Source: Thalia democratica
Taxonomy: Eukaryota
Assembly: GCA_965202585.1 (NCBI GenBank)
Contig: OZ241833.1
Span: forward strand, 13,330,001 to 13,394,000
Direction of reading: 5' to 3'
Length of the DNA stretch: 64,000 bases
This document shows, in pieces, positions 27,101-39,100 of the stretch (the stretch's first letter is position 1; every line of letters begins with the position of its first letter). A program made the translations under genes and the position numbers. The notes under the pieces are model-generated. The model was not told the DNA's origin. It did no database searches and saw only the letters and a list, made by a program, of their open reading frames with translations.

Positions 27101-30100
27101 CTTTATTTTCAACCTTTTTTTTATTTTTATTTCTACAGTCATGAACCATCTGTTGTACCTGTTCCTGAAGCCCGTAAACTAAGATCTGAGTGTCTAGATT
27201 TCTGCCCTACTGACTGCCCGAGCAACACTATCGAGTTGATGGAAGGAAACTGCAAGAGAGATTGCAGAAAAGGAACAGGAACTGCTTTTTATGATGAAGA
27301 ATGTGAAGCTTGCGTACTAAGAATACTCGGAAGATCATGCTGGGACTGTTTCGGTCAATGTTTCAGAAACAAAGGATATATAGATCATAAACTGTAAGTT
27401 TTTTAAAGATTTTTTTTATTTTTCTATGAGCACTATTATTAAAATATTGAATTTTTATTTTTCATTTATTTCGTAGTTAATTAAAAATTTATATATTTAC
27501 TTTCTAAGATATTATACTTACATCGAAACATGATTTTTAAGCTATAATATATTATTTTTAGTGCAAACTTGGGAGGTCCTTCTGTTGTTCCAGTTGAACA
27601 TGCTCGACCAATGAGATCTGAATGTCTTAGAAGATGTCCAAGTGACTGTCCAACTAACACAATTGAACTTATGGAAGCCAACTGCAAACCATCATGCAGA
27701 AAAGGTGTCATTAAATTTAGTAACATGTGAAAGTTTTGAAAATTTTCAGTTTACTGTATTAAAAAAAATTTACTGTAAAACTGAAAAAAGTTTTTAATCT
27801 AACTTAGACTTAGAAATATTCTATTCTTTATGAACATTTTTAAGATTGTTTTCCATTTGAATAAAACTCACTAAATGTGTTTTATATTCAAATAGAACAT
27901 GGTACTGACTTTTATGATCCTGACTGTGAAGCTTGCGTTATCCGTGTTCTTGGAGGACCATGTTATGATTGCTTTGGTCAATGTTTCATAGACATGTACT
28001 ATCCTGACCCTCATCTGTGAGTTTTTGATGACGAACCTATATTTTATTTTTTCTTATTCCTATTATTTCAGTCATGAACCATCTGTTGTACCGGTACCTG
28101 AAGCTCGTAAACTAAGATCTGAGTGTTTAGAGTTTTGCCCTACTGACTGTCCGAGCAACACCATCGAGTTAATGGAAGGAAACTGCAAGAGAGATTGCAG
28201 AAAAGGAACAGGAACTGCTTTCTATGATGAAGAGTGTGAGGCTTGTGTTCTAAGAGTACTTGGAAGATCATGCTGGGACTGTTTCGGACAATGTTTCAGA
28301 AATAAAGGATATATCGATCACAAACTGTGAGTACTGTAAAGCTTTTTTGCTTAGAATGATAATAAAATATATCTTTGGAAAATATTAGTAATTTAAAGAT
28401 TCTATTTCTGATTTCTATAGTTTTGCTGTTATTAGAAAAAATACTTAGGTTCAATGACACTATATCTCCGTTGAAACGTGTTTTTAAACTCTAATTAATA
28501 TTTAGTGAAAACTTGGGAGGTCCTTCAGTTGTTCCAGTCGAACATGCTCGACCAATGAGATCTGAATGTCTTAGAAGGTGTCCAAGTGACTGCCCAACAA
28601 ACACAATTGAACTTATGGAAGCCAACTGCAAGTTGTCATGCAGAAAAGGTATTATTTAATCAATAAACTTATGAAAGTTATAGAAATAACTAATTACTTT
28701 AATTAGAAGATAAAAAAAGAAATCGTTTTTTTATTTAACTGTGAAGACTATTTAAAAAAATTATTTTAAATAAGACGTGACATAAAGTTTTGTTACTTAA
28801 TGATTTTTTATAAAAGTATTTTCGAATGTTTAGAAGAATCACTAAATATATTTTGTATTCAAATAGAACATGGCACTGACTTTTACGATCCTGACTGTGA
28901 AGCTTGCGTTATTCGTGTTCTTGGAGGACCATGTTATGATTGCTTCGGTCAATGTTTCATAGACATGTACTATCCTGACCCCCATCTGTTAGTTTCTAAT
29001 AACAAAATTAATTTTCAATATTTCTCATTTATATTTTACAGTCATGAACCATCTGTTGTACCTGTACCTGAAGCTCGTAAACTCAGATCTGAATGCTTAG
29101 AATTTTGTCCTTCTGATTGCCCAAGAAACACTATAGAGTTGATGGAAGGTAACTGCAAGAGAGATTGCAGAAAAGGATCAGGAACTGCTTTCTATGATGA
29201 AGAATGTGAAGCTTGTGTTCTGAGAATACTTGGAAGATCTTGCTGGGACTGTTTCGGTCAATGTTTCAGAAACAAAGGATATATCGATCACAAACTGTAA
29301 GATGATTTATACCTTACTACCTATTAGTATTATAAAAGTGTTCTAAAACTTTTTTTATATACTTCTGTCAAATTAATTAAACGTTTTAAAGACTTAATTA
29401 TAATCTCTATGAATATATAATTTTTTAATTAGTGAGAATTTGGGAGGTCCTTCTGTCGTTCCAGTCGAACATGCTCGCCCCATGAGATCTGAATGTCTTA
29501 GAAGATGTCCAAGTGACTGCCCAACAAACACAATTGAACTTATGGAAGCCAACTGCAAGCCATCATGTAGGAAAGGTAAATACTAAACTAAGTAACATGC
29601 GAAAGTTATAAAAAATTTTAATTTACGTTGACGATAAAAACGATCTTTTTTGGCTGCTACAATTGAAAAAAATTTTCAATATAACTTGAACTTAGGAATT
29701 TATATACTTTATTAACATTTTTAAGGTTGTTTTCCACTATGAATTAAGTTCTCTAAATGTTTTTTTTATTCAAATAGAGCATGGCACCGACTTTTACGAT
29801 CCTGACTGTGAAGCTTGCGTTATCCGAGTTCTTGGAGGACCATGTTATGATTGCTTTGGTCAATGTTTCATAGACATGTACTATCCTGACCCCCATCTGT
29901 TAGTTTTAAATAATAAACTTATTTTGAAACTTTTCTTAAACGCTCTTTTATAGTCATGAACCATCTGTTGTACCTGTACCTGAAGCTCGTAAGCTCAGAT
30001 CTGAGTGTCTAGAGTTTTGCCCTACTGACTGCCCGAGCAACACCATCGAGTTAATGGAAGGAAACTGCAAGAGAGATTGCAGAAAAGGATCAGGAACTGC

Positions 30101-33100
30101 TTTCTATGATGAAGAATGTGAAGCTTGTGTTCTTAGAGTACTTGGAAGATCATGTTGGGACTGCTTTGGTCAATGTTTCAGAAACAAAGGATATATTGAT
30201 CACAAACTGTGAGTATTGTAAAGTTTTATTAGCTTAAAGATTATTTTAAAAGTTCTGTATAAACAATACTATTGTTATTAAGATTTGGTTAGTCTTTATT
30301 AGTCTTGCAGTTATTGAAAAATTAATTACTTAAATTAACGACACTATATCTCCGTTAAAATGTGTTTTAAAACTATAAATAATCTTTAGTGAAAACTTGG
30401 GAGGTCCTTCTGTTGTTCCAGTCGAACATGCTCGCCCAATGAGATCTGAATGTCTTAGGAGATGTCCAAGTGACTGCCCAACAAACACAGTTGAACTAAT
30501 GGAAGCTAACTGTAAACCATCATGCAGAAAAGGTAATATTAAATTAAATAACATATAAAAGTTTCATAAATAATCATATTACATTAATTTAACTATAAAA
30601 AAGTGTTTTTTTTTCGAAACTTTAAAAACTAAACAAGTTGTAAATGTAAGATGTGACTTATTTTTTCTATTATAATTATATTATTCACAGTATTTCCAAC
30701 ATTTAGATAATTTTATAAATTTAATTTTATTTCAAATAGAGCATGGCACTGACTTTTATGATCCTGACTGTGAAGCTTGCGTTATCAGAGTTCTTGGAGG
30801 ACCATGTTATGATTGTTTCGGTCAATGTTTCATAGACATGTACTATCCTGACCCCCATCTGTAAGTTTTTAATAATAGACCTTTTTTTTTTTAATACTGA
30901 ATTGTTTTTTTTTTGTAGTCATGAACCATCTGTTGTACCTGTACCTGAAGCTCGTAAACTAAGATCTGAATGCTTAGAATTTTGTCCTACTGATTGCCCG
31001 AGCAACACCATTGAGTTGATGGAAGGAAACTGCAAGAGAGATTGTAGAAAAGGATCAGGAACTGCTTTCTATGATGAAGAATGTGAAGCTTGTGTTCTAA
31101 GAGTACTCGGAAGATCATGTTGGGACTGTTTCGGTCAATGTTTCAGAAACAAAGGATATATCGATCACAAACTGTGAGTATTTTGAAGTTTTTTTTCATA
31201 TGTTTTAGAATTTATTATATACAATATTAGTAATATTAAGAATTTTTATTCCTTATTAATTTTTAAATTGTTCAAAATTAAGTTATTAGGTCTTGATATG
31301 ATAGATCTCCGTTAAAAAATGCTTTTAATCTATAAATAACCTTTAGTGAAAACTTGGGAGGACCTTCTGTTGTTCCAGTCGAACATGCACGACCAATGAG
31401 ATCTGAATGTCTTAGAAGATGTCCACGTGACTGTCCAACAAATACAATTGAGCTTATGGAAGCTAACTGCAAGCCATCATGCAGAAAAGGTTTTTGTTGT
31501 CTACACTTTTACACAATTACACACTAAAAAAATGTAACTTTATCATTTGCTTATTTTAATTTAACTGGAAAATTTGTAAACTTAAGATTGCAATAATTAC
31601 TCATTAAAACGAACTTTAAATAAAATGTTGAAAAATAAAAACTGTAAAAACTTTTAAGGTTAAAAATTTAGAGAGAACTTTAGTTTATTTTAATATTTAT
31701 AAGAGTTTCATAATAATTTTTAATCTTATCTTGTTTAATAAATTCTATTTGTTTTTAAAAGTTATTCAAAATAAATTCTCTTCTAGATAGCACAAACTTA
31801 GAGTAAATCTTAAAAAAACAAAGCTTATACTGCGATAAACAATCTTGTTGTTCTTATTTTAAATAAATATTATCAGATTTTGAAAAATATTTTCGGCAAC
31901 GAAGTATACACTTATTTTATTAATCAAGTAACTAGTTTTTATTTTGTACTTTCTACTAGTGAACCTGAAACCAACCTAAAGACACTAGTTCAAAAATAAT
32001 TTTGTTTATATTAAACACATTTCTTTTAATAATCTAGAAAAACGTGTTTTTAGCTAATAAAAATTATTTACAACTATAAGTTTTCATCAATTGAATTTAA
32101 ACAGTTAAAAGCTTGTAAAATAGTACAAACATTTAGCATTAGTCATTTCATTTCATGTATTTTAAGCTAAATTCTAATATTATCCTAATTTTTTTCTATA
32201 AAAATGACTAATAGTTCATTATAACATTTTAGTTTATTTAAGCTTAATTATTTATGCTACACGTCAACTAACAAAACATAATATACTCACAAGACTTTAA
32301 TTTAGAGCATGGAACTGACTTTTACGATCCTGATTGTGAATCTTGTGTTATTCAAGTTTTGGGAAAACCGTGTTACGATTGCTTCGGACAATGTTTTGTA
32401 GATATGTACTACTACGATCCTCGATTGTAAGTATAATTTGTTTTGAACTTATATAATACTTATACAGTTGCTAAGCTTAAGTTATCTTTCTTTTGAATAT
32501 ATTAGTTATTAGTGCATTTTGTAGAGGTAAGAAAGCGAGGATAGGGGACAGCTAGATTTTATATTGTATATATATGTTATAAAATTTATCTTTTTTTTAA
32601 GATATAAATACTTAAATAATTTTGTAAACCTATAAACTTTACTCGCCATTTGGTTTATAACTACCTATAATATTTTAATTTACGAGATAACACTTAGTTA
32701 TTGGAATATTATTGAATTTCGGAGATAATTTTCTTTACAATAATATCAAAATAAAAATATAATAAGCCCCTATAAAAGCAGTTCTAAGTTTTTAAAATCC
32801 GTAATTACTTTAAACTAGAATATAATTTGATTTTTTTTCTAAACACAATATAAAGTATAGTTTCAATTTTTTTTTTGTGTGACTTGTATTAAAATTTAAA
32901 TATTATCTACCCTAAAAATAACTTTATTTGATAAGTTGTAGAATATACGACTTTTTTAATGTGTCAATATAATTTTAGTTTCAAAATTATTTCGAAGTAG
33001 ATAAGTTGTAGTTTAGATTTTATATAAAATCAAGTCAAGAATAACTTTGATGCATAAAGCATTAAGTTTGAAACATTTGTAAACTATTGTTCGTTTAAGC

Positions 33101-36100
33101 GAAATGTATTTCGCTCTAGTTTATATTTTAATAATCTATCACTTTCAACCAAATTTTTACAGACAACATGTAACCAAACATATTATGTAGTTATTTTGAT
33201 TTTAATGTAAAATTTCTACTAATTGTAAAAAAAACTTAAACTTCATAATACCTGCATAAGCTCTTTATTAATATTATAAAAATGTGTTAAGTAATTTTTG
33301 TAAAAACAAGGTTATAATTTTAGAAATGATGAATCAGTTGTACCAGTTGAAGATGCGCGTAAATTAAGATCTGAGTGTCTAGAGTTTTGTCCTACTGATT
33401 GTCCAAGCAACACCATCGAGTTGATGGAAGGAAACTGCAAGAAAGATTGTAGAAAAGCATCAGGAACTGCTTTCTATGATGAAGAATGTGAAGCTTGTGT
33501 TCTAAGAATACTCGGAAGATCATGCTGGGACTGTTTTGGTCAATGTTTTAGAAACAAAGGATACATAGATCCAAAACTGTAAGCTATTGATTTGTTCATG
33601 ACAGTGTTTTCATTTAAACATGTTTATAATAAATTTCCATAAACTATAAACTTATTTATAAGTTTTTACTAAACTTTGTTTCAAAAAGTATTATACAAAT
33701 GAGTTTTCGTTATAAATGCTGATAAACCTTCAGCGCAAACTTGGGAGGTCCTTCTGTTGTTCCAGTCAAACATGCTCGTCCAATGAGATCTGAATGTCTA
33801 AGAAGATGTCCAAGTGACTGTCCAACTAACACAATTGAGCTTATGGAAGCCAACTGCAAACCTTCCTGCAGAAAAGGTAACAAGCAGATACGTATTAACA
33901 TATTTAAAACAAATAACATTTTTATTATATGTTTTGGTTTTAAGAAAACAAATAAAGAGATCTCAACTACTGGAGGAGAAATAATGCATTCATTCTTTTA
34001 AGAATTTATTTTACAAACTAAGTTTAGGTCAAAGACCTCGTCAGTGCTTTAATAAATCTAAAAAGATATGCGACAGTCATGGAAAATAGCATTTAAACTA
34101 TTAAATTAAAGTAAAAACAAATTTTTAATCAAAAATTTTACATATAAAACTAAACAAATTCAATTTTAATATCAAGATTGAGTTTAAGGTAAATTTTATA
34201 TTTTACTTAAGTTTTAAAATCAATATAACAACAATAATAATTTTGTTTTATAAATATGTTTGTTTTTTGCGTTAATTACTATTTTACATTGATTTATTTT
34301 GTTGATTGGTTTTTACAGCAATCTAATTACTTAGGCAGATTTCTAAAGTTATTGTTTTTAGTTTAAAAGCTATTGTTCTATTTCAAATTTCTGCAGTAAG
34401 TTTTTGAAGAGTTACAGTGAAAATATATTAAAATTTTTGTGGTAAAATATTGATTGTTCTTTATATAGGTAAAAAATAAAAACAATAATATTAATAAAAG
34501 CTATATGTAGGTTTCTTTTTTCTTTTAGTTAATTTTCAAAGTAAACATTGTTTAAGCAAAAATGTTGTTAATAAAGTGAGCTTAAAATTGGAGATGAATT
34601 TTTAACGTAGCTTATTTTAATTTTGACGTAACTATTGAAAACTTAAACAATCTTGTGCTTGTAATAGCTATGAAAATTTGAAATCCCGCCCGAATGCTTT
34701 AAAAGTAAACTTATAGTTAAAACAAACTTTATATATCTTTTTAGCTTTATTTAAGCACTGACGAGGTCTTTGACCGAAACTTAGTAATTAAAATAAATCC
34801 TTTAATAAATAAATCCATAACATATTTATGTTCAACAAAAAAGTAATAGGTCAAATAAAAACTCTATCAAAATATAGAATAAATATAAAAGCTATTTTTT
34901 TATAAGTTTGAAAATGTTTTGAGTTTTGCTTTAAATTAATTAATTTACTTATAATATTTAATTTAACTAGCTTAATTTTTTAATAGAACACGGTACTGAC
35001 TTTTACGATCCTGACTGTGAAGCTTGCGTTATCCGAGTTCTTGGAGGACCATGTTATGATTGCTTTGGTCAATGTTTCATAGACATGTACTATCCTGACC
35101 CCCATCTGTAAGTTTTGAATAGAAAACTTAATTTTCAATATTTCTTACTTGTACTATTACAGTCATGAACCATCTGTTGTACCGGTACCTGAAGCTCGTA
35201 AGCTCAGATCTGAGTGTCTAGAGTTTTGTCCAACTGACTGTCCAAGAAACACAATCGAGTTGATGGAAGGAAACTGCAAGAGAGATTGCAGAAAAGGAAC
35301 AGGGACTGCTTTTTATGATGAAGAATGTGAAGCTTGTGTTCTGAGAGTACTCGGAAGATCATGTTGGGACTGCTTTGGTCAATGTTTCAGAAACAAAGGA
35401 TATATCGATCACAAACTGTAAGCTAATGAACTATCAATCATACGACAATGTTTTATAAAAATAAATCAATTTAAAACAATTGTAACTTTTTTTTGAGATG
35501 AAGGGTATGAATTATTTACTTAGGTATACTTGAAGCCATATACTTTTCATTTAATATACATCATATGCTCTTATTAATTTTTTTCTATACGAAAGTGAAA
35601 ACTTGGGAGGTCCATCTGTCGTTCCAGTTGAACATGCTCGCCCAATGAGAACTGAATGCCTTAGAAGATGTCCAGGTGACTGTCCAACTAACACAATTGA
35701 ACTTATGGAAGCCAATTGTAAACCTTCATGCAGAAAAGGTAACTAAATTGTTCAAAATCTAGTTTAGTAGAGTTATGCATATTAAAATTTTTTTTTAAGT
35801 TCTGATCGATAGTGCTCGACAAATTAAACTGGAGCTAAATATTTATTTGATTATATAAAAAACAATAGGTTTATACGACCGTTTCGTATATGAGATATAA
35901 CCTCATATAGTCAACAGTAATACAATCTTTACAAATGTTTCAAAATGTATAAGTTCTTAAACTAAGAAGGTCAGCGTATTTTTTCAAATTTGACTTACTC
36001 TACAAAAAAACCTTCATTATTACTACGTCATATTAATTATAAAAATTCTAAATATCTGTTATATACTGTTAATAAACTTTAGCTTTACTGATGACTATAT

Positions 36101-39100
36101 GAGGTTATATATCTAATATACGAAATGGTCGTATAACCTATTGTTTCTTATAAAATTAAATAAATAAGCTGTATTTATGTATATATATATATAGAAAATA
36201 AGATGATTATTTATACTCAATCACTTTCTACAGAGCCAACTTGAAGGGCTTTTTAATAGTTTATTAAGAAAATACGATTTTAAAAATTCCAGAAAATATA
36301 TTTTATAAAGACAAAAAAGACTGTCTCTAATCTTCAGCTGGTTCAATTTAAAATAAAAAGCACTTTGGTAAACAGAGATGCAAAAGTTATACAAAAAAAC
36401 TATATGACGTTAGATTTTAATATTGTACATTACAAATATTCGGTGCAAAATTCATCTCCCAAATTAAAATAAAATCAATGTTTTTGCTCCTTAGGCCGCA
36501 TACATACTTTGAAAGCTCAGTCTCATTTTCGTATTCACCACCTTTAAAAGATTTTTATGGTTTGCATACCCGAATCTGAACTGAGTCGAGCATAAGCCGA
36601 TGTAGAACATATTTTCGAGTTCAGAGTTAACTGTTGCCTTGTGAAGAATGTTTTTCGAACGGCAGTTGCCCCTTTTCAAATTATAAATGCAGCCACTAGC
36701 GCAATTACACTGATTTTTGATTAAATTACTTCTGTTTAAAATCCTCTGATAGTGAAACTTAATTAATCTCTCTAAATTCGCCATACATGAATAACTAATT
36801 CACATATTATGTTTATTAAACATATTTTATAATGGGTTATTTTTGTTAAAATATTTTTTACTAGACTTATAAATTCTCTGCCGATATTTGCTTTATCTGT
36901 TGTTTATGTACATATGTGAACTATCTCTGAAAAAAACAATTAAGAATAAAATCAAGCCTCTAATTATTAAACGATGATTTAGTTCGAATTGATTGTACAC
37001 TTTTTGCTTTCTTTAGAACATGGTACTGACTTTTATGACCCTGACTGTGAAGCTTGTGTTATCCGAGTTCTTGGAGGATCTTGTTATGATTGCTTTGGTC
37101 AATGTTTCATAGACATGTACTATCCTGACCCACATCTGTGAGTTTTTTATTATAAACTTTGTTTTTATATTTTCTTATTCCTATTTTTTTAGTCATGAAC
37201 CATCAGTGGTACCCGTACCTGAAGCTCGTAAACTAAGATCTGAATGCTTAGAGTTTTGTCCAACTGATTGCCCAAGCAACACTATAGAGTTGATGGAAGG
37301 TAACTGCAAGAGAGATTGCAGAAAAGGATCAGGAACTGCTTTCTATGATGAAGAATGTGAAGCTTGTGTTCTGAGAATACTTGGAAGATCTTGCTGGGAC
37401 TGTTTCGGTCAATGTTTCAGAAACAAAGGATATATCGATCACAAACTGTAAGATGATTTATACCTTACTACCTATTAGTATTATAAAAGTGTTCTAAAAC
37501 TTTTTTTATATACTTCTGTCAAATTAATTAAACGTTTTAAAGACTTAATTATAATCTCTATGAATATATAATTTTTTAATTAGTGAGAATTTGGGAGGTC
37601 CTTCTGTTGTTCCAGTCGAACATGCTCGTCCAATGAGATCTGAATGTCTTAGAAGATGTCCAGATGACTGTCCAACTAACACAATTGAACTTATGGAAGC
37701 CAACTGCAAACCATCATGTAGGAAAGGTAATAAAAATTAGGTGTAAATAAATTTTAGTATTTCAAACTGCTCTATGTCAAAATTAAGCTTTAGTCTTTTT
37801 GTGATAGAAGCTTGGAAGAACTTAACGACTAATAAAATAATTTTAAACTGAAATTAAAAGTTTTTAGAATGTTTAAACTACGATTTATTACAGAACATGG
37901 TACTGATTTTTACGATCCTGACTGTGAAGCTTGTGTTATCCGAGTTCTTGGAGGACCATGTTATGATTGCTTTGGTCAATGTTTCATAGACATGTACTAT
38001 CCTGACCCCCATCTGTTAGTTTTTGATAAAATATTATTTTTCAATATTTCTTACTTGCTTGTATTTTTACAGTCATGAACCATCTGTTGTACCTGTTCCT
38101 GAAGCTCGTAAACTAAGATCTGAATGTCTAGAATTTTGTCCTACTGATTGCCCAAGCAACACCATCGAGTTGATGGAAGGAAACTGCAAGAGAGATTGCA
38201 GAAAAGGATCAGGAACTGCTTTCTATGATGAAGAATGTGAAGCTTGTGTTTTAAGAGTACTAGGAAGATCATGTTGGGACTGTTTCGGTCAATGTTTCAG
38301 AAACAAAGGATATATCGATCACAAACTGTTAGATTTTTTAGAATTTACAACAATTAAAAAATTTTAAAGTGTTTTTAAGTTTTTTCAAGTAGTTTTTTTT
38401 TTAACTGTCATTTACTTCAAACAAAACTCTAAAACGTTTTTTTACGTTAATATAATATTAAAGAAAATGAGGTATTTACTTTCATTAAACAATAGTGCTA
38501 ACTTGGGAGGTCCTTCAGTTGTTCCAGTTGAACACGCTCGTCCAATGAGATCTGAATGTCTAAGAAGATGTCCAAGTGACTGCCCATCAAACACAATTGA
38601 ACTTATGGAAGCCAACTGCAAACCCTCATGTAGAAAAGGTAAGAAACTTTAGTTATAAAAGTATATATCAGTATTAATTTATAAACTAAACAATAAAAGT
38701 TTTTATCTTTGTTCATTAAAAAATTTCGTAATTACTTAAGGACTAACACATCTATTTTTATATTGGAAATAAAAAATTTTTCAATTACTTTTTTTTGATG
38801 TAATATAATCGGTTTTTTATAGAACATGGTACTGATTTTTATGACCCTGACTGTGAAGCTTGTGTTATCCGAGTTCTTGGAGGACCATGTTATGATTGCT
38901 TTGGTCAATGTTTCATAGACATGTACTATCCTGACCCCCATCTGTTAGTATTTTAATGTTAACTTTGTACATGAACAACTGCTTATTTAATTTTATTTTA
39001 GTTATGAACCATCTGTTGTACCTGTACCTGAAGCTCGTAAGCTCAGATCTGAGTGTCTAGAGTTTTGTCCTACTGACTGCCCAAGCAACACCATCGAGTT

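Noticed and set aside
9777-38367. About 20 plus-strand ORFs ending GYIDHKL* read as a cluster of small separate genes
   Set aside because: They have no signal peptides or true starts. The stop comes from reading into a phase-2 donor (CT|GTAAG or CT|GTGAG gives CTG TAA/TGA), which is automatic for such introns. They are exons of one gene.
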